Counted from the first letter of the stretch, positions 6,982 through 16,612 are shown. The stretch is 24,000 bases of DNA from Alkalihalobacillus sp. LMS6 (GCF_024362765.1 NZ_CP093302.1:2331564-2355563), one strand, 5' to 3'. The notes: generated by a model not told the origin, from the letters alone. Numbers and translations: made by a program.

Positions 6982-8258
6982 TGTTTAATTAAACCTGTAT
7001 GGATTCCTGATTCTTCAAGCATCCAGCTTATGTGACATCCATATCCAGATGTTGGATCGTTCACAAACACATGGGTAACAGCCCCGACAATCTTGTCTCC
7101 TTGAATAATTGGACTTCCACTCATCCCTTGAACAATTCCACCTGTTTTATCAAGCAACCGTTCATCCGTCACTTTTATTACCATCCCTTTTGTTGCAGGA
7201 CGATCTTGAGGCGTATTAGATACAATTTCAATATCAAACTGCTCTACTTCTTCTCCATCTACAACTGTAAGAATTTTAGCAGGACCTTTTTTAACCTCTG
7301 CTGATGTTGAAATAGGCATTGGTTGATCAAATGCTTTGTTTTTCAATTCGATTTTGTCGTTTAGTGTGCCGTATATGCCCAATGAACTGTTTTTATTAAT
7401 GGTGCCTAATATTTCACGGTCTTTCGATATACTCGCAAGCTTCTCACCAGGTTCCCCGTTCAATCCTCTAGAAATGGAGGTCACAGATGAGCGCAATAAC
7501 TGTCCATTTAATACCGATACAGGTTTTTTTGTATCAATATCAGAAATCACGTGGCCTAAAGCACCATAACGCTTACTCCCAGGATCATAAAATGTCATTG
7601 TCCCAACGCCAGCTGCAGAATCTCGAATATATAAACCTAGTCGGTATAAATGATCCCCTTTTGCCTTTTCCGGCGTTAAAACCGTTGTAATTTCTTTTTC
7701 GCCACGCAACACTTTTACTTTTAAATTTTCATTTTCTTCTCCAGCAAGCTGCACAAGCCGCGAAACTTCACTCATGGTATGCATTTTCTCCCCATTTATA
7801 TCTGTGATCATATCACCAACTTCAATGCCTGCAAATTCGCCTGGAGATTTCTGGCCTGCTTTAGTATCAATTTTATGATGGCCGACTACTAATACACCTT
7901 CAGTATTAAGCTTTACGCCAATGGATTGACCACCAGGAACAACTTTTATCTCCGGTAAAACGGAGACATCAATCTTCTTCGTTGGCCAGTTTCCATGCTG
8001 GACTGTAACGTTCGTTTTCCCCGTTTTGATGCCTTGAAAAATGGTTTGGCTCTCTACTTGATCCATCTGCACATGTGAAGAATCATCGATCACGAAGCCA
8101 CTTGCTTCTATAACCTCTTCACTTCCTTCAAATAAAACCATTGATGTAGGAATTTCAATAAATTGTTTGAATTGCTGATTAAATCCTAAAAAAAGTAGAC
8201 AAACTACAAACAAGACCCCAATCACATACCGTACACCCTCTTTTTTCAACCTTTTCAC
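6963..8258 (-). CDS. spoIVB: SpoIVB signalling serine peptidase (PDZ plus S55 peptidase), 431 aa, GTG start
   Basis: It has an N-terminal signal anchor ([15 protein letters not shown]), a PDZ-like region ([16 protein letters not shown]) and a catalytic-serine context GMSGSPI. Its position between recN and spo0A matches B. subtilis. The exact start is uncertain; GTG 8258 has GGGAG upstream. Confidence 0.93.
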   Translation of the reverse strand: MKRLKKEGVRYVIGVLFVVCLLFLGFNQQFKQFIEIPTSMVLFEGSEEVIEASGFVIDDSSHVQMDQVESQTIFQGIKTGKTNVTVQHGNWPTKKIDVSVLPEIKVVPGGQSIGVKLNTEGVLVVGHHKIDTKAGQKSPGEFAGIEVGDMITDINGEKMHTMSEVSRLVQLAGEENENLKVKVLRGEKEITTVLTPEKAKGDHLYRLGLYIRDSAAGVGTMTFYDPGSKRYGALGHVISDIDTKKPVSVLNGQLLRSSVTSISRGLNGEPGEKLASISKDREILGTINKNSSLGIYGTLNDKIELKNKAFDQPMPISTSAEVKKGPAKILTVVDGEEVEQFDIEIVSNTPQDRPATKGMVIKVTDERLLDKTGGIVQGMSGSPIIQGDKIVGAVTHVFVNDPTSGYGCHISWMLEESGIHTGLIKHQAKAS

Positions 8259-8308
8259 TCCTCACTCCCAACCTACACCTCCATGCTGGCTGTACTATTA
8301 ATGTTGCC

Positions 8309-8339
8309 TTGAGTAGACGGAAATATAACTGTAAATAAA
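8309..8339 (-). promoter_or_regulatory. Weak candidate forespore (SigF-like) promoter for spoIVB
   Basis: The minus strand reads GTTATA-15 nt-GGCAACATTA. The -10 fits GGnnAnAHTR but the -35 only approximates GYATA. This is a motif match only. Confidence 0.3.
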
Positions 8340-8341
8340 AG

Positions 8342-8371
8342 AAAAAAGCAACCTAATCAAGGTCGCTTTTT
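8342..8371 (-). terminator. Rho-independent terminator of the argR-recN unit
   Basis: The minus strand reads AAAAAGCGACC-TTGATTA-GGTTGCTTTTTT. The stem carries one G-U pair and is followed by a T-rich run, starting 5 nt after the recN stop. Confidence 0.8.
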
Positions 8372-8375
8372 CCAA

Positions 8376-10055
8376 TTACGTTTTTTTGTGACTTGCTAAT
8401 GCTAATAATTCTTTTGCATTTTCTTTAGTAATGTCCGTTACTTCAAATCCAGAAAGCATTCGAGCAAGTTCATTTGTTTTTTCTTCTTCATTTAATGAAA
8501 TCACTTCTGTTTTTACACGGTCTGCTTTATTTTCTTTTCTAATAAATAAATGTTGATCAGCCATTGCAGCAACTTGCGGCAAATGTGTAATACATAATAC
8601 TTGTGAACCAACAGAAATATGATACATCTTTTCAGCGATGGCTTGTGCAACGCGACCACTTACGCCTGTGTCCACTTCATCAAAAATAACAGAAGTAAGG
8701 TTTTGAGAAGCCGAAAAAATCGTTTTTAGCGCTAGCATAATTCGTGATATTTCTCCGCCGGAAGCCACTTTAATTAATGATTTTAATGGTTCGCCTTGGT
8801 TTGTTGAAATTAAAAAAGCAGCTTGATCTTGTCCATTTTTATAAAAGGAATCTGTTTGCTTTAACTCAACATGAAAGGATGCCTTCTCCATGTAAAGTTG
8901 GCTTAATTCCGTCATCAAAGCTGCCTCTAACTGCTGTGCTAATTGTTTTCGGATTTTCGTTATGGTTTCAGATTCAATTGTTAAGTCTTCGATGATGGCG
9001 TTTCTTGTATCTTGCAAGTCCTCTAAATGAATATCTTTATTTTCCATTTCCTCTAATTCGCGCTCAATGGTTTCTGCATATGTAAGAATGTCTTTTACCG
9101 ATGAGCCGTATTTCCGCTTTAACTTCTCAATTTCTGCTAAACGATTTTCTACCTCTTCGAGTAAGGAGGGGTTAAAATCAACTTGATCCAATGCCTCGCG
9201 AATTGAATAAGAAGCTTCTTCAATTAAATAGTAACTTGACGACATTTGTTCAAAGAGAGGCTGCAGGTCTTCGTCAATGCCAGCGGCACTTTCAAGATGA
9301 CTAAGCATTCCGCTTAGATAATCGAGCCCTTTGTCTTCCCCGTATAAATGTTCATAACTACGCGTCAGAGACTCAAATAATTTCTCACTGTTGGCAAGCT
9401 TGTTACGATCTTTTAAAAGCTGATCGTCTTCTCCAACCTGCAAATTTATTTTGGAAATTTCACCAAGTTGATACGTATACAAATCGGTCTTTTGCGCAAT
9501 TTCTTGTGCGTTTTGATCCAATTCTTTGATTCGTTTGTTTGTCGTTTCCAGTTTCGTAAAAAGCTTTCGGTATTCATTTAGCGCTTTTTTGAGCGTATCT
9601 CCACCGAATTGATCCAATAATGAAAGGTGCTCGTCTTCGCGCATGAGCGCTTGGTGTTCATGTTGACCATGGATATCAACAAGGGCCTGTCCGATTTCTC
9701 GCAATGTACCGATCGTCATAAGCTTTCCATTTATGCGACAAATGCTTTTTCCTGTATGGGTAATTTCTCGCCTCATAATGAGCATATCGTCTTCCATGTC
9801 AATTCCTAATGATTCTAATTTCGCTTCAATATGACGGGCATCTTCAATAATAAATAAGCCTTCAATTTCCGCTTTTTTCTCTCCGTGACGAACAAATTCT
9901 ACCGATCCTCGCCCACCTAAAAGCAAACCGATTGCATCAATAATGATTGATTTCCCGGCTCCCGTCTCTCCAGTTAAAACGGTTAACCCTTTTTCAAATG
10001 GAATGGTAAGAGAAGAGATGATCGCAAAATTCTTAACGGTTAATTCCATTAACAT
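8376..10055 (-). CDS. recN: DNA repair/recombination protein RecN (SMC-like ATPase), 559 aa
   Basis: The N-terminus MLMELTVKNFAIISSL is followed by Walker A GETGAGKSIIIDAIG. A long coiled-coil middle region follows. The C-terminal signature reads ASGGEISRIMLAL, with Walker B VIFDEVDTG. Confidence 0.95.
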   Translation of the reverse strand: MLMELTVKNFAIISSLTIPFEKGLTVLTGETGAGKSIIIDAIGLLLGGRGSVEFVRHGEKKAEIEGLFIIEDARHIEAKLESLGIDMEDDMLIMRREITHTGKSICRINGKLMTIGTLREIGQALVDIHGQHEHQALMREDEHLSLLDQFGGDTLKKALNEYRKLFTKLETTNKRIKELDQNAQEIAQKTDLYTYQLGEISKINLQVGEDDQLLKDRNKLANSEKLFESLTRSYEHLYGEDKGLDYLSGMLSHLESAAGIDEDLQPLFEQMSSSYYLIEEASYSIREALDQVDFNPSLLEEVENRLAEIEKLKRKYGSSVKDILTYAETIERELEEMENKDIHLEDLQDTRNAIIEDLTIESETITKIRKQLAQQLEAALMTELSQLYMEKASFHVELKQTDSFYKNGQDQAAFLISTNQGEPLKSLIKVASGGEISRIMLALKTIFSASQNLTSVIFDEVDTGVSGRVAQAIAEKMYHISVGSQVLCITHLPQVAAMADQHLFIRKENKADRVKTEVISLNEEEKTNELARMLSGFEVTDITKENAKELLALASHKKT

Positions 10056-10073
10056 ACAAGCAAGTCCACCCTT

Positions 10074-10523
10074 CTAAAGCATATTTAAAAATCGCTCTGT
10101 CACGGTTTCGCCATTTTTTTCCGTTCGACAAATAATTAAAATGGTATCATCTCCACAAATGGTCCCCATTAGTTCTGGCCAATCTAAATTGTCAATTAAC
10201 ACCGCTATTGCATTTGCATTCCCAGGCATCGCTTTCATCACAACTAAATTGCCTGATTGATCAATACTAATAAAGCTATCCGTTAACATTCGTTTAAGTT
10301 TTTGCTGAGGATTAAATTTTTGATCAGCCGGTAAACTGTATTTATAGCGTCCATCCTGCATGGGTACTTTCACTAAATGAAGTTCCTTAATATCTCTTGA
10401 AACTGTTGCTTGTGTAACATTATAGCCATCATTTCTTAATTGATCGACTAAATCATCTTGCGTTTCAATTTCATCATTCGTAATAATTTCTCTAATTTTT
10501 ATATGGCGTTGTCCTTTAGTCAT
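10074..10523 (-). CDS. argR: Arginine repressor ArgR/AhrC, 149 aa
   Basis: The translation reads [48 protein letters not shown]. This is the winged-helix SR motif. The C-terminal oligomerisation and arginine-binding region contains [12 protein letters not shown]. Confidence 0.95.
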   Translation of the reverse strand: MTKGQRHIKIREIITNDEIETQDDLVDQLRNDGYNVTQATVSRDIKELHLVKVPMQDGRYKYSLPADQKFNPQQKLKRMLTDSFISIDQSGNLVVMKAMPGNANAIAVLIDNLDWPELMGTICGDDTILIICRTEKNGETVTERFLNML

Positions 10524-10572
10524 GCCATCACCTAACCTTCTAACAGATTCATTTTCCGACGGTGTTTCTTCT

Positions 10573-10601
10573 ATTATCTACAGTTTACCCTAATTGAGCA
10601 A
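10573..10601 (-). promoter_or_regulatory. Candidate SigA promoter for argR-recN
   Basis: The minus strand reads TTGCTC (10601-10596), a 17-nt spacer, then GATAAT (10578-10573), about 50 nt upstream of the argR ATG. Confidence 0.45.
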
Positions 10602-10627
10602 GGTTGGAACCATTGCATTTAACATCA

Positions 10628-10706
10628 CTGTAAAAGAACCCTCCTTTATTTACATGACATGAACTGCATAAGCAGTCACTTCAAGTATTTGCTAAAGAGA
10701 GGGTCC
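10628..10706 (-). terminator. Putative compound terminator after yqxC (long-range stem enclosing a small hairpin, then T4)
   Basis: On the minus strand GGACCCTCTCTTT (10706-10694) can pair with AAAGGAGGGTTC (10647-10636) in 12 bp, with one bulge and one G-U. An inner ACTGC/GCAGT hairpin lies at 10663-10676. The structure is followed by TTTT. The large loop makes it atypical. Confidence 0.35.
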
Positions 10707-10712
10707 AGATTG

Positions 10713-11528
10713 TTATTCTTTTTTTCGAAGCGCTTGTGACGCGTCGACAATTCGCTTCACTTCTTCATCGTCTAGTTTTTCAACGGTTGCTCGTTTCTTT
10801 AAATGAAGCAAAAACTCAATATTCCCATCTCCACCTGTGATCGGGGAAAACGCAAGACCGAATGAACTAAATCCAATCGTATGAGCAGTTGATAAAACCG
10901 TTTCAATTACGTCTTTATGAACAAGTGGATCGCGAACAATGCCTTTTTTTCCAACATGTTCTCTTCCTGCTTCAAATTGAGGTTTAATTAACGCAATGAC
11001 GTCTCCTTCATCAGATAAAATATCAAATAGCGGAGGCAAAATTAACTTTAGCGATATAAAGGATACATCGATTGAAGCAAATTGCGGACGCTCGTTCGTA
11101 AAGTCAGACTGTGTCGCATAGCGAAAATTCATTCGCTCCATCACCGTTACACGGTCATCTTGTCTAATTTTCCATGCAAGTTGATTATAGCCGACGTCCA
11201 CCGCATACATTGATTTGGCATCGTTCTGAAGGGCACAATCAGTGAACCCGCCTGTGGATGCACCAATATCAAGTCCCACTTTATCTTTAATTTCTAGTTC
11301 AAAGACTTCGAGGGCCTTTTCTAGCTTCAACCCACCGCGACTTACATATTTCAACGTATCGCCTTTAATTCGTATTGGCAGATCAGAATCGACTTTTAAA
11401 CCAGGCTTATCAAGTCGTTCATGCTCGCTAAACACAAGCCCCGCCATAATGCTTCTTTTCGCTTTTTCCCTCGTCTCAGTTAAACCTCTTTCGACAAGAA
11501 GGACATCAAGCCTTTCTTTTTTTCCCAT
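10713..11528 (-). CDS. yqxC: TlyA-family rRNA 2'-O-ribose methyltransferase (S4 domain plus FtsJ-like MTase), 271 aa
   Basis: The translation MGKKERLDVLLVERGLTETREKAKRSIMAGLV shows an S4 RNA-binding domain. The SAM-binding motif is LDIGASTGGFTDCAL. Its position between dxs and argR matches B. subtilis yqxC. Confidence 0.9.
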   Translation of the reverse strand: MGKKERLDVLLVERGLTETREKAKRSIMAGLVFSEHERLDKPGLKVDSDLPIRIKGDTLKYVSRGGLKLEKALEVFELEIKDKVGLDIGASTGGFTDCALQNDAKSMYAVDVGYNQLAWKIRQDDRVTVMERMNFRYATQSDFTNERPQFASIDVSFISLKLILPPLFDILSDEGDVIALIKPQFEAGREHVGKKGIVRDPLVHKDVIETVLSTAHTIGFSSFGLAFSPITGGDGNIEFLLHLKKRATVEKLDDEEVKRIVDASQALRKKE

Positions 11529-11534
11529 GCGCCA

Positions 11535-13421
11535 TTAAGCTCTTTTCTTTTTTTGTGGAAGTTCAGAAAGCAATAAATCAGAAATTCGTTCTGACGTTAA
11601 TCCAATTTCTTCATAAAGTTCTTTCACGCTTCCATGTTCAATAAACCAATCTGGAATACCTAATCGCTTAATATCTACTTGAAGCGCCTCTTCGTTATAA
11701 AATTCCATTACCGCACTACCAAACCCACCTTGAAGAACGGATTCCTCAATTGTTAAAATTGGCAGCTTTTCTTCTGCAATCGTACGCAGCATGTCTTCAT
11801 CCAGTGGTTTAACAGAGTTCGCATTGACAAGACGTACATTATATCCTTGAGCAGTCATTGTCTCAATTGCCTTTTCCGCTACTGGAATCATCGTACCAAA
11901 TGTTAAAATGACCGCATCGGTTCCTTCATTTAGCACTTCCCACTTGCCAATTGGCAGCTGTTTTAATTGCTGATCCATTTTCACGCCTGTACCGTTTCCT
12001 CTTGGATAACGCACAGCGATTGGACCATCATCATATTTTACAGCTGTATAAAGCATGTGCTGTAGTTCGTTTTCATTTCTTGGATTCAAGATGACCATAT
12101 TTGGTAGCGCTCTTAAGAACGATATATCAAACACACCTTGGTGCGTCTCACCATCAGCACCTACAAGGCCCGCACGATCAATTGCAATTAAGACATTTAA
12201 GTTTTGACGACAGATATCATGAACGACTTGATCGTATCCACGCTGTAAAAACGTTGAATAAACAGCAAACACTGGTTTCATTCCTTGTGTAGCTAGTCCA
12301 GCAGACATCGTCGCTGCGTGTTGCTCTGCAATCCCTACATCAATCATTCGATCTGGAAACTCTTGCGCAAATAAATCAAGTTTTGAGCCACCTGGCATTG
12401 CTGGCGTAACCGCCACTACACGATCATCTTCACGAGCAATTGTCTTTAGTGTATTTGCAAACACACTTGGATAACTAGGCGGTCCGGCTTTTTTCACCAT
12501 CTCACCATTTTCAATTTTATAAGGTCCAGTACCGTGCCAAGCACCTGTTGCATCTTCTTCAGCCGGTTTATAACCTTTTCCTTTTTTCGTTAGAACGTGA
12601 ACAAGAACAGGACCACTCACTTTTTTTGCATAGTTTAAATTATGTTTTAAATCTTCTAAGTCATGACCATCGACAGGTCCGAGATACGTAAAGCCCATTT
12701 CTTCAAAGAAAATGCCAGAAACGACCATGTATTTCAAACTATCTTTTACACGCTCTGCTGTATCAGCAAGCTTTCCGCCAAATGCCGGAATTTTTCGTAC
12801 CAACCATTCCATGTCGTCTTTTGCACGTTGATATTTTCCTGCAGTACGAAGCTTTCCTAAAATATGATGAAGAGCGCCTACGTTTGGTGCAATGGACATT
12901 TCATTGTCATTTAAAACAACAATTAAGTTCTTTTGCTCATGACCAATATGATTCAAAGCTTCAAGAGCCATCCCACCAGTCAACGCGCCGTCACCAATAA
13001 TCGCAACAACACTTTCATCTGTTCCTTTTAAATCTCTAGCCGTTGCCATCCCCATTGCACCTGACAAGGACGTTGAACTGTGCCCAGTTTCCCATACATC
13101 ATGTTCGCTTTCATTGCGCTTAGGAAATCCACATAATCCTTTATATTGACGCATCGTATCAAAGCGATCCGCTCTACCCGTCAATATTTTGTGTACATAA
13201 GCTTGGTGGCCAACATCCCATAAAAATTTATCTTTTGGGCTGTCAAACAATTGGTGCAAAGCTAATGTCAATTCAACGACACCAAGGTTTGGACCGATGT
13301 GGCCTCCGTTCACAGATAGCTTCTCAATAAGGAATTGTCGAATATCTGCTGCTAATTCTTCAAGCTGTTTATTTGAATATTGTTTAAGAAAGCTTGGGTC
13401 TTTTATTTCTTCAAGGTTCAT
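11535..13421 (-). CDS. dxs: 1-deoxy-D-xylulose-5-phosphate synthase, 628 aa
   Basis: The track ORF was trimmed to ATG 13421 ([32 protein letters not shown]...). The ATG used by the track at 13436 is part of the SD ATGGAGG. TPP-binding motifs [12 protein letters not shown] and [15 protein letters not shown] are present. Confidence 0.95.
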   Translation of the reverse strand: MNLEEIKDPSFLKQYSNKQLEELAADIRQFLIEKLSVNGGHIGPNLGVVELTLALHQLFDSPKDKFLWDVGHQAYVHKILTGRADRFDTMRQYKGLCGFPKRNESEHDVWETGHSSTSLSGAMGMATARDLKGTDESVVAIIGDGALTGGMALEALNHIGHEQKNLIVVLNDNEMSIAPNVGALHHILGKLRTAGKYQRAKDDMEWLVRKIPAFGGKLADTAERVKDSLKYMVVSGIFFEEMGFTYLGPVDGHDLEDLKHNLNYAKKVSGPVLVHVLTKKGKGYKPAEEDATGAWHGTGPYKIENGEMVKKAGPPSYPSVFANTLKTIAREDDRVVAVTPAMPGGSKLDLFAQEFPDRMIDVGIAEQHAATMSAGLATQGMKPVFAVYSTFLQRGYDQVVHDICRQNLNVLIAIDRAGLVGADGETHQGVFDISFLRALPNMVILNPRNENELQHMLYTAVKYDDGPIAVRYPRGNGTGVKMDQQLKQLPIGKWEVLNEGTDAVILTFGTMIPVAEKAIETMTAQGYNVRLVNANSVKPLDEDMLRTIAEEKLPILTIEESVLQGGFGSAVMEFYNEEALQVDIKRLGIPDWFIEHGSVKELYEEIGLTSERISDLLLSELPQKKKRA

Positions 13422-13488
13422 AAACGAAACCTCCATTTACTAATCATTTTTATCCGTCTATCTCGTCAATGTTATCGTATGTATCATT

Positions 13489-13497
13489 ATTATAACA
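13489..13497 (-). promoter_or_regulatory. Extended -10 element (TGTTATAAT), candidate dxs-yqxC promoter
   Basis: A perfect TGnTATAAT on the minus strand, about 65 nt upstream of the dxs ATG and downstream of the ispA terminator. The -35 is poor (GTTCTA). Confidence 0.4.
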
Positions 13498-13553
13498 AAA
13501 ACAAGTCTATCTAGAACAGTAATACCCTGTATTGTGAACCATACACTATTCTC

Positions 13554-13583
13554 ACAAAAAAAACCAGCCAAACGGTGCTGGTT
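13554..13583 (-). terminator. Rho-independent terminator ending the nusB-xseA-xseB-ispA unit
   Basis: The minus strand reads AACCAGC-ACCGTTTG-GCTGGTT followed by T8. It starts immediately after the ispA stop (13586-13588). Confidence 0.88.
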
Positions 13584-13585
13584 CT

Positions 13586-14470
13586 TTAACGATCCCGATC
13601 AACAATATAAGTGGCCATATCTTCTAATAATGTATCCCTTAATCCAAGTTCATCCAGGTAATGTAATGCTTGCTCATAATGATTAGACAACATTGTTTTG
13701 GCTCCGTCCAAACCTAATATGCCAGGATAGGTGCTCTTGTCATTATGTACGTCACTGCCAACTGGCTTCCCTATATCTTCAACACTACCTTCTAAATCGA
13801 GAATGTCATCTTTTATTTGAAACAATAAGCCAACTTCTTTTCCGTATGCACTCAACAATTTAGTCTCGTGTTCTGATGCGCCTGCGATGATTGCCCCTGC
13901 TTTAACTGCAAAAGCAAGCAATTCTCCTGTTTTCCGATTATGGATCGATGCAAGCTGGTCAACATCAAGAGACTTTCCTTCAGCGATCATATCAGCTAAT
14001 TGACCACCGACCATTCCTCTTGCGCCTGCTGCTTTGCTAAATAATGAAACAAGCTGAATTTTTGTTTCCGCAGACAAGTGCTTCACTTCAGCGAGAAGGG
14101 AGAAGCTATGGGTTAAGAGCGCATCTCCTGCTAAAATGGCCGTTGCTTCCCCAAACACTTTATGATTCGTCGGCTTTCCACGTCGTAAATCATCGTCATC
14201 CATTGCAGGTAAGTCGTCATGAATGAGGGAATAAGTGTGAACCATTTCTAATGCACAGGCTACTTCAATTCCATCTTTAATCGGGCAATTATATGCATCT
14301 AAAACAGCCATTAATAAAACAGGACGTACCCGCTTCCCACCTGCTTCTAAAGAATACAACATCGCTTCTTTTAAACGATGTTCAGCATCAAGCGAGCGAA
14401 CGTACTCAGGTAATTCCCTTTCAATCAATTGCTTCGTTTCATTTAAAAACGATTCAAATGTATGGTTCAC
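13586..14470 (-). CDS. ispA: (2E,6E)-farnesyl diphosphate synthase, 294 aa, GTG start
   Basis: Both aspartate-rich motifs are present: LIHDDLPAMDDDDLRRGKPT and FQIKDDILD. The GTG start overlaps the xseB stop (GTGA). Confidence 0.93.
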   Translation of the reverse strand: MNHTFESFLNETKQLIERELPEYVRSLDAEHRLKEAMLYSLEAGGKRVRPVLLMAVLDAYNCPIKDGIEVACALEMVHTYSLIHDDLPAMDDDDLRRGKPTNHKVFGEATAILAGDALLTHSFSLLAEVKHLSAETKIQLVSLFSKAAGARGMVGGQLADMIAEGKSLDVDQLASIHNRKTGELLAFAVKAGAIIAGASEHETKLLSAYGKEVGLLFQIKDDILDLEGSVEDIGKPVGSDVHNDKSTYPGILGLDGAKTMLSNHYEQALHYLDELGLRDTLLEDMATYIVDRDR

Positions 14471-14709
14471 TCACTTTCCTCCTTCTTCATATTAAGCTCT
14501 AACATTTCACCGTCTTCTGTCATAATTTGATCCAGTTGCTTTTCAATCGAGACAAGTTTATCATGGCAAGTTTTGGATAGATTTATTCCTTTTTTATATA
14601 AGTCAATCGCCTTTTCCAGTGCAACGTCACCTTGCTCAAGACCTTCTACAATTTCTTCAAGCTGTTTCATTGCTTCTTCAAAAGGAATATCATTCTGTTG
14701 TTTCTCCAC
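14467..14709 (-). CDS. xseB: Exodeoxyribonuclease VII small subunit, 80 aa, GTG start
   Basis: The track ORF (106 aa) was trimmed to GTG 14709, which lies 9 nt after SD AAGGAG. The product reads (M)EKQQNDIPFEEAMKQLEEIVEGLEQGDVALEKAIDLYKKG..., a typical XseB. The upstream part of the track ORF lies inside xseA. The gene overlaps the xseA 3' end by 20 nt. Confidence 0.85.
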   Translation of the reverse strand: MEKQQNDIPFEEAMKQLEEIVEGLEQGDVALEKAIDLYKKGINLSKTCHDKLVSIEKQLDQIMTEDGEMLELNMKKEESE

Positions 14710-16051
14710 CTTGGTCAACTCCTTCGTGATTAATGTCTTTAATAACTCCAGTAGCCCGGCCATCTTTAAAAAGAAGGCGAACTTCAAGATTTTCCTCTAG
14801 CTCATCAACAGATTTTAGAAGCTTGTCTTCTTTATACACTAGCGAATACCCACGATTCATGATCTTTAATGGACTAAGAAGTTCGAGCTGAGCAAGAAGG
14901 GAATCCAGTTGCTTCTGCTTTTCGTTCATTTGAGTTTCAAGAGCGTGTATTAGCCTTTGGTCCAGTCGCTCGAGGTCTTTTTTCTGCGCATTGACCAGTG
15001 TAGCTGGTTGATTTCGTAAAAGGCGTTGATGAGTTGCGTGAAACATCATTTGCTTTTCTTTGATGCTTCGCTGTATCTCTCGGTTCATACGCTCTACAGC
15101 TTGATCAAGCTGCTGCTCTTTTTGTTCGACCATCTGTTTGGGTGAGCGAAACGCATATGAGCGCTTAAGGTACTGAAGTTGGGCGCGTTTTTTTTCAGCC
15201 AATTGTTCCATCGCTCTTACAATTCGTTGCTGATAAGTATGCACTTGATTTAATTTCTCGCGAATATCAGGAACAGCCATTTCAGCTGCAGCTGTTGGCG
15301 TAGGGGCTCGTAAATCTGCCACAAAATCGCTAATGGTATAATCTGTTTCATGCCCTACTGCTGAAATAATTGGGAGGGTTGAAGCACTAATCGCTCTAAC
15401 AACACGCTCTTCATTAAACGCCCAGAGTTCTTCAATCGAGCCGCCTCCTCGACCAACAATAATGACATCGAAAATAGCTGCTTCATTTGCTTGAAGTATC
15501 GCTCGTTCAATTGAAGCTGGTGCGAAATCACCTTGAACCGCAACAGGTAAAAGCGTCACACGCACATTCGGCATCCGTCTTTTTACTGTTGTTAAAATAT
15601 CTCGTATGACCGCTCCTGTCTGAGAGGTAATCACTGCAATATGATTAGGATAGACGGGAATAGGTTTTTTGCGCTCTTGGGCAAACAACCCTTCGTTTTC
15701 TAACTGCTGTTTTAACCGTTCGAACGCCACATGTAAACTTCCAATACCATCTGGCTGCATTTCTTTTACGTAAAATTGATATTGTCCATAAGGTTCATAC
15801 ACGTTGATTTCCCCACGTAAAAGCACTTTCATCCCGTTTTCTGGCAAGAAGCGCAAATGCTGATTGTATCCGGCAAACATGACAGACTGCATACGAGCAT
15901 TCTCGTCTTTGACTGTGAAATACATATGCCCTCTAGAATGGCGTTTGAAGTTAGAGAGTTCTCCTCTAATCCATACTTCAATTAAATGAGAGTCGCTTTC
16001 TATTAGTCGTTTGATGTATCTCGTTGCTTCACTTACGGACCATGCTTCCAT
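14690..16051 (-). CDS. xseA: Exodeoxyribonuclease VII large subunit, 453 aa
   Basis: The track ORF was trimmed to ATG 16051 (MEAWSVSEATRYIKRLIESDSHL...), preceded by a strong SD GGAAGGAGGG. It has an OB-fold N-terminus (VWIRGELSNFKRHSRGHMYFTVKD), a catalytic core (IIVGRGGGSIEELWAFNEE) and a coiled-coil tail. Confidence 0.93.
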   Translation of the reverse strand: MEAWSVSEATRYIKRLIESDSHLIEVWIRGELSNFKRHSRGHMYFTVKDENARMQSVMFAGYNQHLRFLPENGMKVLLRGEINVYEPYGQYQFYVKEMQPDGIGSLHVAFERLKQQLENEGLFAQERKKPIPVYPNHIAVITSQTGAVIRDILTTVKRRMPNVRVTLLPVAVQGDFAPASIERAILQANEAAIFDVIIVGRGGGSIEELWAFNEERVVRAISASTLPIISAVGHETDYTISDFVADLRAPTPTAAAEMAVPDIREKLNQVHTYQQRIVRAMEQLAEKKRAQLQYLKRSYAFRSPKQMVEQKEQQLDQAVERMNREIQRSIKEKQMMFHATHQRLLRNQPATLVNAQKKDLERLDQRLIHALETQMNEKQKQLDSLLAQLELLSPLKIMNRGYSLVYKEDKLLKSVDELEENLEVRLLFKDGRATGVIKDINHEGVDQGGETTE

Positions 16052-16084
16052 CGTAGCCCTCCTTCCCTCTTGGTTCATTTCAAC

Positions 16085-16495
16085 CTATTGATGATCTTTT
16101 TTTAATGCTGTTTCATACGCACCAGAAAGAACGCCATTCATGAAACGCCCCGCTTCTTGACCACCGTATGCTTTTGCTAATTCAATTGCTTCATTCAATG
16201 TAATATTTTTTTCAATATCATCTATATATATCATTTCGTATAAGGCCATTCGCGCAATAGAACGATCAACATGACCTAGACGGTCAATCGTATAGCCTTT
16301 TAAATTTTGACTAAGCAATTCATCTAAATGTTCTTTGTACTGTAACGTCCCTTCCAACAATTGGAGGAAAAAGTCACTTGCTTGTTCTTCATGGTTGAGC
16401 GTGTTCTCAATTGCTTGACTTGTTTCCAAAGTTGAAACAAGGCTAAGCTGATAGAGAGCTTGTACGGCTCGAAGTCTTGCCACACGTCTGTTCAT
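16085..16495 (-). CDS. nusB: Transcription antitermination factor NusB, 136 aa
   Basis: The track ORF was trimmed to ATG 16495 (MNRRVARLRAVQALYQ...), with SD AAGGAG 7 nt upstream. The C-terminal region AIELAKAYGGQEAGRFMNGVL is typical of NusB. Confidence 0.93.
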   Translation of the reverse strand: MNRRVARLRAVQALYQLSLVSTLETSQAIENTLNHEEQASDFFLQLLEGTLQYKEHLDELLSQNLKGYTIDRLGHVDRSIARMALYEMIYIDDIEKNITLNEAIELAKAYGGQEAGRFMNGVLSGAYETALKKDHQ

Positions 16496-16524
16496 AGTTA
16501 ACTCCTTTTTCATTTATGCTTTTC

Positions 16525-16553
16525 ATTATAACGTAAAACCTGCTATACGTAAA
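16525..16553 (-). promoter_or_regulatory. Candidate SigA promoter for nusB-xseA-xseB-ispA
   Basis: The minus strand reads TTTACG (16553-16548), a 17-nt spacer, then TATAAT (16530-16525), about 30 nt upstream of the nusB ATG. Confidence 0.55.
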
Positions 16554-16590
16554 AACACAGAGAAAGAGAATCGACCATGGTCGATTCTCT
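16551..16590 (-). terminator. Rho-independent terminator ending the accB-accC-yqhY unit
   Basis: A 26-bp perfect palindrome AGAGAATCGACCATGGTCGATTCTCT (16565-16590) is followed on the minus strand by TTCTCTGTGTTTTT. Confidence 0.78.
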
Positions 16591-16612
16591 TCTCCATATC
16601 ATCGGTGAATCG

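Noticed and set aside
10590-10628. An 11-12 codon mini-ORF behind a perfect AAAGGAGGG in the yqxC-argR spacer, considered as a real small-protein gene
   Set aside because: The SD-like sequence is better explained as the 3' arm of a 12-bp long-range stem followed by TTTT (a terminator). The ORF overlaps the argR -35. There is no evidence of conservation. It is kept only as a low-interest finding.
13456-13512. Direct 8-mer repeat GTCTATCT (13456-13463 and 13505-13512) bracketing the dxs extended -10 element, considered as paired operator sites
   Set aside because: By a rough estimate, an 8-mer recurring once within about 150 bp of AT-rich spacer has a chance probability in the 10-20 percent range. 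There is no symmetry or third copy. That is insufficient to call a site.
16565-16590. A 26-bp perfect palindrome centred on CCATGG, considered as a possible protein-binding or recombination site
   Set aside because: It sits 23 nt after the yqhY stop and is followed by a T-rich run on the coding strand. A canonical intrinsic terminator explains it fully.
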